From positions 163,240-227,239 of the forward strand of contig JAPEKQ010000002.1 of the NCBI GenBank assembly GCA_029990205.1: a stretch of DNA of 64,000 nt. Direction: 5' to 3'. This stretch comes from a bacterium (GTDB lineage: Bacteria; Joyebacterota; Joyebacteria; Joyebacterales; Joyebacteraceae). The notes beneath the pieces were generated by a model, which did no database searches, was not told the DNA's origin, and worked only from the letters and a program-made list of their open reading frames with translations. Made by a program: the position numbers and the translations under genes. Positions 8,022-16,195 of this stretch are shown here, piece after piece; position 1 is the first letter of the stretch; each line of letters opens with the position of its first letter.

Positions 8022-9956
8022 CTACTCCTCGACGAACTCCAGCACCCATCTCGGCCGCTCGGGCGGCTGCGGCCGGCCCGGCTCGCCATGGAACCGTCGC
8101 TCCCAGGCATTCAGACGACGCTCCGTCGTCACCTCGCGCTCGACCTCATAGAACGACGAGATGACGCCACCGAACACCGAGGTCTCACCGTTCTGCTCCA
8201 CTTCCAGATAGAGGATGTCGGGACGACCCAGGCCGACGTCGATGGCGATCCCGCTCGAGAGGTCGCTGAAGACCGTCGCGACGAACGGCTGGGGATCGGA
8301 CATCCTCGCGTCTCCGTCCTCGACGGTACGTGCGTCGGCGCCTCGCGAGATCTGGACCAGCGTCCCGCGGCTGAAGATGCTGAAGCAGGAGCGTTCGAGA
8401 CTGCCGATGAACCCTTCGTATGCATCCAGACGTTCGGCGAGGTGTCGGCCCAGCAGTTCGTGTTCCCACAGCGTGTCGCGAACATGACCGACGAGGTCCG
8501 CGATCCGGACGTACAGCTCCGGGTATGGTTCGACCAGGGCGCACTCGCCTTCGGTGACAGGAAGCGCGGAACGCAGCGCGCGCGTAGGTTCGACAACGCT
8601 CGCCGGCGCTCGCCTGAGGTCGCTCCACGCGGCGGCGCCTGTCGAGAGCATCCTCGTCTCCCACGCGTCGGTCCTCATATACGTGGGCCTCGAGTCTCGC
8701 GGCGGCTCGAACAGCGCGGCGACGATGTACAACCAGCTCCAGTAGAGATCCTCCGTCCAGTCGCCGTATGTCAGTTCCTCGAGTTCGAGTTCGATCTCAC
8801 GGTAGCCGAGCCGGTAGACCTCGCTCGCGAACACGTCCGCCCGGTCGAGTTCGCGTCGCGCCGCGGTCGAACCGAGAAGCGCCATCAGGCTCAGAGACGG
8901 CGACGGACCGTCCGGGACACCGACGCCCAGTCGTCTGAAGTAGGCTGTGTCGCGAAACTCACGAGGAGGAAGGAAACGCATGCCTCGCAACGAATGCGTC
9001 TCGACGTGCGGAGGCGCGATCTCGCGAACACGCTCGGCGAACACGGCAACGGCCTCGAGATCCGCGAGCGCTTCCAGTTCGAACTCCTCGCCGAAGACAT
9101 CGTCGGCGATCTCCATATAGTCTGTGACAGTCGGATCCCCGGCCCCGCCACGGAAGAACAGGAGCGGTTCATACGTGCGCTCCCACAGCTCGTACCACTC
9201 CCCCGCCTCCTCCTCGAGCGCGCGCGCCACGAGCAGCCCCTGGATCGTCAACCGGTAGTCGCTCCGCCGCCCCTCCGGGAGCGCGAACGCCATTCTGCCG
9301 TACCAGGTAACGGCGCGGTGGAACCGTGAGAGCCGGTCGCTGGCGGCGTAGTGCCCGACCGGAACGTAGTGAGAGTAGTCTTCGCCGGGACCCGCGACAT
9401 CATCGAGAGGACTGGCGTCCATGATCGGTGAGAGGCCAAGGACCCTCCCCTCCTGGATGAGGTCGAGCTCCCGCTCGACGAGCGCGAGACCGATCTCCGA
9501 AGGGAAGAACTCGGGGTCGAGCAGGCTCAGCCCGACGGCGAAGTACGCATAGTTGAGCCGCGCCGCCTCTCGCACGGTCGGGTCCCGCACCAGCAGGTAC
9601 TGGTCCTCGGAGAGACGGACCATCTCGCGCGACAGCTGCGTCAGCCGGTCGTACAGCACGCCGTCCTCGAGTTCGAGAAGAACCTCGTCGAGGAACAGCC
9701 GGGTCGTCCGGAGCACCGTGTCGGCGGTGATGAAGGTGTGGACGCCCTGTCCGCGGACGGAGGCGTACGCCTCGGGGATGCCGGTCACGTCGCTTGGCAC
9801 AACGACGAAGCCGCGCTCCGAGAGCACGCGCCGACTCCACGCGGAGACGTCGGGGACGCCGCCGGTCTCCTCCGAGAAGGCCGGGGACGACATGACAGCA
9901 ACGGCCGCCAGCACGATGACACACACGGTCGCCGTCCGACGCAGGTGTTCGCGCAT
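8022..9956 (-). CDS. Secreted DUF3160-like protein
   Basis: Signal peptide (VCVIVLAAVAVMSSPAFS). Length and motifs such as HYVPVGHY...WYGRM recall DUF3160; the family assignment is from memory. Confidence 0.7.
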   Translation of the reverse strand: MREHLRRTATVCVIVLAAVAVMSSPAFSEETGGVPDVSAWSRRVLSERGFVVVPSDVTGIPEAYASVRGQGVHTFITADTVLRTTRLFLDEVLLELEDGVLYDRLTQLSREMVRLSEDQYLLVRDPTVREAARLNYAYFAVGLSLLDPEFFPSEIGLALVERELDLIQEGRVLGLSPIMDASPLDDVAGPGEDYSHYVPVGHYAASDRLSRFHRAVTWYGRMAFALPEGRRSDYRLTIQGLLVARALEEEAGEWYELWERTYEPLLFFRGGAGDPTVTDYMEIADDVFGEEFELEALADLEAVAVFAERVREIAPPHVETHSLRGMRFLPPREFRDTAYFRRLGVGVPDGPSPSLSLMALLGSTAARRELDRADVFASEVYRLGYREIELELEELTYGDWTEDLYWSWLYIVAALFEPPRDSRPTYMRTDAWETRMLSTGAAAWSDLRRAPASVVEPTRALRSALPVTEGECALVEPYPELYVRIADLVGHVRDTLWEHELLGRHLAERLDAYEGFIGSLERSCFSIFSRGTLVQISRGADARTVEDGDARMSDPQPFVATVFSDLSSGIAIDVGLGRPDILYLEVEQNGETSVFGGVISSFYEVEREVTTERRLNAWERRFHGEPGRPQPPERPRWVLEFVEE

Positions 9957-10021
9957 ATGCGCAGCCCCTCCCTCGCGCGCGGTCGACCCGCGCGCGGCTA
10001 CGTTCTGTCGGTCACTGCTGA

Positions 10022-10591
10022 CTACGGAGCGATCACGCCATCAGACGCCGTCACCCAGAGAGCGCGCACGGAATCGCCACCGAGCTTCTCGACCCGGTGC
10101 GGCATGCTCGCCCGAAACTGGATGCAGTCGCCCGCACCGAGCTCGAACTCGTCGCCGCCGACGATCACTTTGAGCGTGCCGGCCTCGACGAGCAGGATCT
10201 CCTCTCCGCCGTGCGGACGGGTCGCAAGCGGCCCCCGCTCGAAATCGGAGAGTTCGACGACTCGCAGACGTCCCGCGGGGATTCCCGTGGTCAGGAAATC
10301 CGCACCGGCGACGGTCTGTCCGCCCTCGGTGATGACGTGATGAGCCCGCTCGTGCTTCCGCACGACGGACACGCTTGGTAGCAGCTCTTCCTCGACGAAG
10401 TAGGTCGCCGGCTTCTTGAGCGCCCTCGCGATCCTCAGAAGCGCACCCACGGTCGGCGACGTCCGGCCTCGCTCGATCTCGGAAATGTGCGTCGGGGACA
10501 TCCCGGACGAATCCGCGACCTGTTTGAGCGTCATGCCCCTGGCCAGCCTCTCGAGCTTCACCCGCCTTCCCAGCTCTGCCTTGTCGAGCAT
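10022..10591 (-). CDS. XRE-family HTH + cupin-domain transcriptional regulator
   Basis: LKQVADSSGMSPTHISEIERGRTSPTVGALLRIARAL HTH, and a C-terminal cupin (GGEEILLVEAGTLKV...GDCIQF...PHR). ATG at 10591 preceded by GGGGAGGTGG. The 349-aa track ORF is over-extended. Confidence 0.9.
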   Translation of the reverse strand: MLDKAELGRRVKLERLARGMTLKQVADSSGMSPTHISEIERGRTSPTVGALLRIARALKKPATYFVEEELLPSVSVVRKHERAHHVITEGGQTVAGADFLTTGIPAGRLRVVELSDFERGPLATRPHGGEEILLVEAGTLKVIVGGDEFELGAGDCIQFRASMPHRVEKLGGDSVRALWVTASDGVIAP

Positions 10592-10734
10592 GGAACACCA
10601 CCTCCCCTGTCTCGACTCCAACCTGGCCTCACCCGCTCTCGGGTGGTTGCTGCGTCGGGGGACACCCGGTGAGGACCTCATGTGCCGGTCGATGAGTGAC
10701 CGGCCGCCGGTCTCCTGCGACCGGCTACGACCAT

Positions 10735-12117
10735 CTAGCTGTATCTCGCGGACGCAACACGCCGCGCGTTCTTCTCCTTGTACTCCCTCTCCCATACGTC
10801 GTCCGCGATCGCTCGATATTCGCGGGCATACCTGTCGATCTCGTCCTTGAGGTCCGTGACGAGCGTCTCGGCGCCCTCGTGCGTTGGGTGCGCGCGGTAC
10901 TTCGCCACAACCTCCCTGAGCACGTCCGGCTCGTCGATGAGCATGCACGGCGTCAGGTAGTTCTCGCGGTACGGCTGATGGGACCGGATCGCCTTCATGA
11001 AGTCCGAGTTCAGGACCTCCTTGAGGGTCTTCCCCTTGATGTTGTCGACCGCGAAGTGACAGAAGACGCACGGTTCGACATCGCCGTTCGCGTTGATGTG
11101 AATGTACTCGCGCCCTCCGGCGATGCAGCCTTCCACGTAGTAGCCGTCGTTCCAGAAGTCCCCGACGAAGATCGCCTTCGTCTCGCGAATCTCGAGGACC
11201 CTCCTCCGCAGCCAGTCGCGCTGCCGAGGCGTCGGCATGAGTTCCGTGTGCGGCTCCCGGCCGATCGGGATGTACTGGAAGTACCAGGCGACCAGCGCGC
11301 CCTTCTCCACGAGCAGATCCATCATCTCATCGCTTGCGATGAGCTCCATATTGTGGCGCGTCTCGGTGAACGATGCGCCGAAGAGCACACCGGCCTCTCG
11401 AAGATTGTCCATCGCGTCCATCACGCGGTCGAACGTCCCCGGGCCGCGCCGGGCATCGGTCTCCTCCTTCATCCCTTCGAGACTGATCATCGGGGCGACG
11501 TTCCCGCACCGCTCGAGCCGTGCGGCGGCGTCCTTGTCGATGAGCGTCCCGTTCGTGTAGAGCTGGAAGAAGACGTCGCTGTGCTCCTCCCAGATGTCGA
11601 ACATGTCGGGGCGCATGAACACCTCGCCGCCGCTCATCGTGATGAAGTAGGTCCCCATCGCCTTCGCCTCGCGGATGATGCGATCGACGAGGTCGGTGGA
11701 GAGACCCTCGTGTTGCTGGTACTCGCCCGCGTAACAGCCGGGACAGAGCAGGTTGCAGCGCATGGTTGGGCTGATGACGAGCAGCATCGGGGGCTTGAAG
11801 CCCTCCTTCGCCGGCATGTCGATCTCGCGCTTGTCCGTGCCGATGAGGAAGGCGTTCACGAAGAGGTTGCTGATGATCTTTCTCTGCACATTCGGGGAGA
11901 GACGCTCCACGATCTCCTTCGCCATCATGGCCGCCGGATGTCGCCTCTCGAAAAGCTCCCTGAGTGCCCGGATCGCCTCGCGATCCCGCTCCACGCGCGT
12001 CAGCTTCTCCGCGAAGTGCGACGCGCGGATCAGGCTCTCGATGGACACGTGCGGCAGAAATCCGAGCAGCGTCTTCGCCGCCTGCGCCTTCGTGAACCGC
12101 TTGAAGCTCGTAGTCAT
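10735..12117 (-). CDS. Radical SAM / SPASM-like enzyme with ~110-aa N-terminal helical extension
   Basis: CNLLCPGCYA radical-SAM motif, MSGGE, and a C-terminal Cys cluster (GCIAGG...EPCVFCHF...PCM). Confidence 0.85.
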   Translation of the reverse strand: MTTSFKRFTKAQAAKTLLGFLPHVSIESLIRASHFAEKLTRVERDREAIRALRELFERRHPAAMMAKEIVERLSPNVQRKIISNLFVNAFLIGTDKREIDMPAKEGFKPPMLLVISPTMRCNLLCPGCYAGEYQQHEGLSTDLVDRIIREAKAMGTYFITMSGGEVFMRPDMFDIWEEHSDVFFQLYTNGTLIDKDAAARLERCGNVAPMISLEGMKEETDARRGPGTFDRVMDAMDNLREAGVLFGASFTETRHNMELIASDEMMDLLVEKGALVAWYFQYIPIGREPHTELMPTPRQRDWLRRRVLEIRETKAIFVGDFWNDGYYVEGCIAGGREYIHINANGDVEPCVFCHFAVDNIKGKTLKEVLNSDFMKAIRSHQPYRENYLTPCMLIDEPDVLREVVAKYRAHPTHEGAETLVTDLKDEIDRYAREYRAIADDVWEREYKEKNARRVASARYS

Positions 12118-12230
12118 GAGCCCCTGCCTCCGTCTGTCACCGATGCCCAGACCGGTCCGCGCGCCGGGAATTCGCCCCGCGGGTGGTCGTGAACGGTCGG
12201 CTCTCCAGTTCCGGTCGGGGACGCGGGCGG

Positions 12231-13418
12231 TCAGACGACGACCGTCTCCTTCTCCCCGATCTTCTCCTTTCTATTCACACGACCGCCGCCGGCGGGATGA
12301 GTTCCCGACGATCCGCCGATGGCGGCCTCATAGACTCGCAGGATGTCCTTCGTAACGCGGTCCCACGCGTAGCGCTCAACCTCGTCCCGCGCGGCGCCGA
12401 CAAGATGCTCTCTCAGTTCGGGCTCGCCGGCGAGACGGACGACCGCGCTCGCGATGGCGTCCGGTGACGCGGGCGCGACGAGGAGGCCCGTCCGCCCGTC
12501 GTCGACCACATCGTTGTACCCGGTGATGTTCGAAGCGACGATCGCCGAACTGGAAGCCATCGCCTCGAGGAGGACGATACCGAAGCTCTCGCCGCCTGTC
12601 GCCGGTGAGCAGAACACATCGGCCGTGGCGTAGTGACGCGCAAGCATCTCGTTCGAGACGTGCCCGGTGAACATGATGCGTCCCCGGCAGCTCTCCGGTA
12701 CGTAGCTCCCGTAGTGCGACGCAAGCGGTCCGCCGCCCACGACGACCAGCCGGCACCCCGGTATCTCCTCGCAAACGCGGGGCATCGCCCGCAGAAGGTG
12801 TTTCGCGCCCTTCCGGGGTTCCATGCGCCCGACGAACAGGATGTTGAACGAACCGTCCCGCAGCTCCTCGATGGGCTCGGCCGATGAGAAGCGCTCGACG
12901 TCGACGCCGTTGGGAACGATCTCGTACTCGCCGTCGAAATGTCTGATGGCGGTGTCCCTGGCGGCGTTCGAGACGGCGATGCGCCGCGTGAGCTTCTGAA
13001 CGTACCGGTCGAGCAGCGGACGGAAGAGCTTGTATCCCAGCGACCGGTCGTTGCTCGCGTGGAAGGTCCCGACGGCCGGCATGTCGACCTGCGACAGTGC
13101 GGCCAGACAGAGCGCCGGCATCAGCGGCTCGTGGAGATGCACCACGTCGAAGCTCTCATCGCGGAAGACCGTCCGGAACTGGTTGGCCATCCTCAGGTCG
13201 ACCGCGACGGGACAGATGGAGCCGTTCGCCGGCACGGAGAACGCCCGGCCGATGCGGATAACGTCGTGCTCGCACGGCGAGCCACCGGGCCCGAACGACG
13301 TGGTGATGACCTTCACGTCATGACCGAGTCGCTCGAGTTCCAGGTACGTGTTGTAGACGTGCTCGGTCACGCCGCCCGGATACGGATAGAAGGCCGGTGT
13401 CACGATACCGATCTTCAT
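12231..13418 (-). CDS. GT4 glycosyltransferase, PimA-like (phosphatidylinositol mannosyltransferase-like)
   Basis: MKIGIVTPAFYPYPGGVTEHV N-terminus and the GGESFGIVLLEAMASSSAIVAS EX7E motif. ATG at 13418 preceded by AGGAAGGG. The track ORF is over-extended to 13703. Confidence 0.88.
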   Translation of the reverse strand: MKIGIVTPAFYPYPGGVTEHVYNTYLELERLGHDVKVITTSFGPGGSPCEHDVIRIGRAFSVPANGSICPVAVDLRMANQFRTVFRDESFDVVHLHEPLMPALCLAALSQVDMPAVGTFHASNDRSLGYKLFRPLLDRYVQKLTRRIAVSNAARDTAIRHFDGEYEIVPNGVDVERFSSAEPIEELRDGSFNILFVGRMEPRKGAKHLLRAMPRVCEEIPGCRLVVVGGGPLASHYGSYVPESCRGRIMFTGHVSNEMLARHYATADVFCSPATGGESFGIVLLEAMASSSAIVASNITGYNDVVDDGRTGLLVAPASPDAIASAVVRLAGEPELREHLVGAARDEVERYAWDRVTKDILRVYEAAIGGSSGTHPAGGGRVNRKEKIGEKETVVV

Positions 13419-13477
13419 CTCACCCTTCCTGATCGAGCCCTGTGCCGTCTCCCGTCGCTCGCGTCGCGACGGCGTTC

Positions 13478-15760
13478 CTACTGTCCCCAGACCGACTGCA
13501 GCATGCACCACTGCTCCGGGTACTTCCCGATGTAGTCCTCGAAGACGTGAGCTATCCGCTGTGTGTAGCTGCGGACCGCGGTGTCGAAGTCGTCCGTGCA
13601 CTCCGGGAAGATCGGCCGTTCGATGTGCCCCACGTAGCTCCCGTCCGGCTGGCGGATGCAGAACCCCGGAACGATGGCGGCCCCGCTCTTGAGCGCGAGC
13701 CACGCGGCCCCCTTCGGGAGCTCAGCCTTCTCACCGAAGAACTCGACGTCCACCCCCCTTGCGCCGAGGAGGCTCTCGCCGACGAGGAACACGATCTCGT
13801 TGCGCTTGAGCGCGCGCCAGATACGCATCGGCTTGCCGAGCGGGATGACGTTGAGCCCGCGGACCTCGCGCATCATCGTGACCGCCTCGTCGGACGCGCC
13901 GTCCGTCACAGGTTCGACGATCGCAGACATGCTCGGAAGATCCTCGACCTGCGCGAGCGCGGCCGCTCCCATGTCCCAGCTTCCGACGTGCGCCGTGACG
14001 AAGATCGCGCCCTTGCCGCGCTTGAGCGCGTGCTTGAGATGGTCGAGCCCCTCGACACGGACCATGTCCCGAACCTGACGCCAGAGCCCTCCCCCGGTCA
14101 GCCCGAAGAAGTCAACGTAGTAGTGGCCGTAGCTTCTGAACATGGATCGGGCCAGCGCCTTGACCTCGCGGCTGTCCTCGGGATGCCCGATGACTCGCGA
14201 GGCGTTCGACCGCGCGGAGTTCCGCTTCGTCCGGAGGAGGAACGCCGCCAGACCGGAGAGCGCGCCGGCGAGCCGATAGCTCAGGCGGCGCGGGATGCGC
14301 GCGGCGACACTGGTCGCGAGCTTCATCACCGGATACGCGTTGAGGAGATTGAGCTTCGATGTGTCCGCGTAGAGGAACGGTGAGATGGCGGCGAAGGCGA
14401 CCCCGGCGAGACCGACGACGACCATGAGCTGCCGTGGGCCGGTGATGTCGACGATGAACCCGGAGAGAATACCCCCGAGCCCGAACGCCGCTTTCGAGAC
14501 CATGTCACGGAAACCGAAGGCCTTCCCGATACTGGTATCCGTCATCATCTCCTGAAGGATGGTGTCGCACGTCACGTTCGTCGGCGCGATGAAGAGCCCG
14601 GCCAGGAAGATGCCGAACGAGAGCCCGAGAAGACTGCCGGCGGCGGCCATCGCCACGATGGTCACGCCGGCGAGCGCCATGCTCACGGCGATGATCGCGC
14701 GCCGCTGCGCGTGCGCGAAGAAGCGTCCCACGACGAGCGAGCCGACCAGCATGCCGATCCCGGCGAGCGAGAAGAGCTGCCCCAGCCCGGCGGTGCCCAT
14801 CTGGAACTCGTTCCGGACGAGTACGGGCAGAGCGATCAGCACGAACCCCGAGAGCATCATCGCGCTCGCAGAGGAGATGGTGGAGTAGACCACCAGCGGG
14901 CTGCGCCGCATCTGCGAGAGTCCGTCCTTCAGATCTCGCACCAGCCGGTGGTAGGTCGAACCGATGACCTCCGCCTCTTCCTCGATCGGCGCGGCGAGCT
15001 CGTGTCCCAGTTTCGCCGCCTCCTCCGCGAACTCGGCGCGGCTGTGCGCCGAGAGCGCGTGCTTTGCGCTCTCGCCCATGGCCTTTCGATGCTCTGCGAG
15101 CTCCGCCGTCCGTTCCGCTGTGATCTCGGAGATGCTCCGGAGCGCGATGAAGGCGACGAGCGTAGCGGAGATGATGTACGTCCCCGAGTCGGCCAGGAAC
15201 CCCATGGTGTAGCCGTACTTCTCGACGAGGATCCCGCCGCCCCATGGCCCGACGATGAGGGCGGCGACCGTCGACACGTTGAGAAGCGCGTTCGCCTGCA
15301 TCAGCTTCCCGCCGGAGACGATCTGAGGAAGCGCGGCGGACTTCGCTGAGAGGTAGAACCGGTTGACGGTGTAGACGAGGAATATGATGCCGTAGACGGC
15401 CGCCATCGACCCCGAGACGAACGGCACGAGGGCGACGAGCCCCGCGCGAATGAGGTCGGACGTGATCATCATGGTCTTCCGGCTCACCCTGTCCGCGTAG
15501 ACGCCGGAGATGGGACCGAAGAACAGAACGGGAGCGCTGGCGAGCAGGAGCACCTTCGAGAACTCGAGACCGCTCGTCCTCGTTCCCGCGCTCACCGCGA
15601 AGATCAGGGCGGTCAGCGCCATCAGGTTGAGATGGTCACCGGCCTGTGACATGAGCGAGCCGGCCCAGAGCAGGGAGAACCCGCGCGAACGGAAGAGGTT
15701 GAAGAACCCCTTCGTCCGCTCGTTCACGAGCCCGTCCCGGATGTTCGCTCGCTCCGTCAT
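13478..15760 (-). CDS. Fusion protein: N-terminal MFS transporter (LplT-like) + C-terminal LpxL/HtrB/PatA-family lipid acyltransferase
   Basis: About 12 TM helices in the first ~430 aa. The C-terminal ~300 aa carry the HX4D motif AHVGSWD and an LpxL/PatA-like (PF03279-type) layout ending ...YPEQWCM. ATGA overlap with the upstream gene at 15757-15760. Confidence 0.88.
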   Translation of the reverse strand: MTERANIRDGLVNERTKGFFNLFRSRGFSLLWAGSLMSQAGDHLNLMALTALIFAVSAGTRTSGLEFSKVLLLASAPVLFFGPISGVYADRVSRKTMMITSDLIRAGLVALVPFVSGSMAAVYGIIFLVYTVNRFYLSAKSAALPQIVSGGKLMQANALLNVSTVAALIVGPWGGGILVEKYGYTMGFLADSGTYIISATLVAFIALRSISEITAERTAELAEHRKAMGESAKHALSAHSRAEFAEEAAKLGHELAAPIEEEAEVIGSTYHRLVRDLKDGLSQMRRSPLVVYSTISSASAMMLSGFVLIALPVLVRNEFQMGTAGLGQLFSLAGIGMLVGSLVVGRFFAHAQRRAIIAVSMALAGVTIVAMAAAGSLLGLSFGIFLAGLFIAPTNVTCDTILQEMMTDTSIGKAFGFRDMVSKAAFGLGGILSGFIVDITGPRQLMVVVGLAGVAFAAISPFLYADTSKLNLLNAYPVMKLATSVAARIPRRLSYRLAGALSGLAAFLLRTKRNSARSNASRVIGHPEDSREVKALARSMFRSYGHYYVDFFGLTGGGLWRQVRDMVRVEGLDHLKHALKRGKGAIFVTAHVGSWDMGAAALAQVEDLPSMSAIVEPVTDGASDEAVTMMREVRGLNVIPLGKPMRIWRALKRNEIVFLVGESLLGARGVDVEFFGEKAELPKGAAWLALKSGAAIVPGFCIRQPDGSYVGHIERPIFPECTDDFDTAVRSYTQRIAHVFEDYIGKYPEQWCMLQSVWGQ

Positions 15761-16077
15761 GCTATCCCCACCCTTGCCTTCTCCAGTTCCGCGGTCTCAC
15801 ACGGGACGGCCTCACTCGTTTCCGTCAGCACCGCGAACAGCCGGTTCGCAATGCGGGCCGCGACGGCGTCGTCCGGGTGACGTTTGAGGCGCTCGACCAA
15901 CGCGTGGAGCAGCGTCACGGTCGTGATGTCCTCGTGTGTCGACCGGTGTTCGACCCGCACATCCTCGCCCTTGAGCGCGATGCCGGCGAGTTCGACAAGC
16001 GTGATCGCGCGCCCGCTGTGCGTGTCGTAGAGACGCCGATTGGAGTACTTATGGATGAGACGCGCCATGAGCATCAC
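15757..16077 (-). CDS. PhaR-type (PHB/PHA accumulation regulator) DNA-binding-domain protein
   Basis: IHKYSNRRLYDTHSGRAITLVELAGIALKGEDVRVEHRSTHEDIT matches the PhaR N-terminal DNA-binding-domain signature (KYxNRRLYDT). 106 aa. Confidence 0.8.
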   Translation of the reverse strand: MMLMARLIHKYSNRRLYDTHSGRAITLVELAGIALKGEDVRVEHRSTHEDITTVTLLHALVERLKRHPDDAVAARIANRLFAVLTETSEAVPCETAELEKARVGIA

Positions 16078-16115
16078 TCAGATATGGTTTTCAGGAGTTT
16101 GTGCGTCGCACCATT

Positions 16116-16144
16116 ATGCTAGGAGGACGGCCGCCCACCGTCAA
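16116..16144 (-). promoter_or_regulatory. Sigma70-type promoter for the phaR-like operon, bracketed by a 9-bp inverted repeat
   Basis: On the minus strand: TTGACG (16144-16139), 17-nt spacer, TAGCAT (16121-16116). The perfect inverted repeat ctaggagga (16119-16127) / tcctcctag (16151-16159) flanks it. Confidence 0.5.
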
Positions 16145-16195
16145 GCCTTTTCCTCCTAGATAGTTTGGGCACTCGGAGAGGCCCCTGGAACAGGC

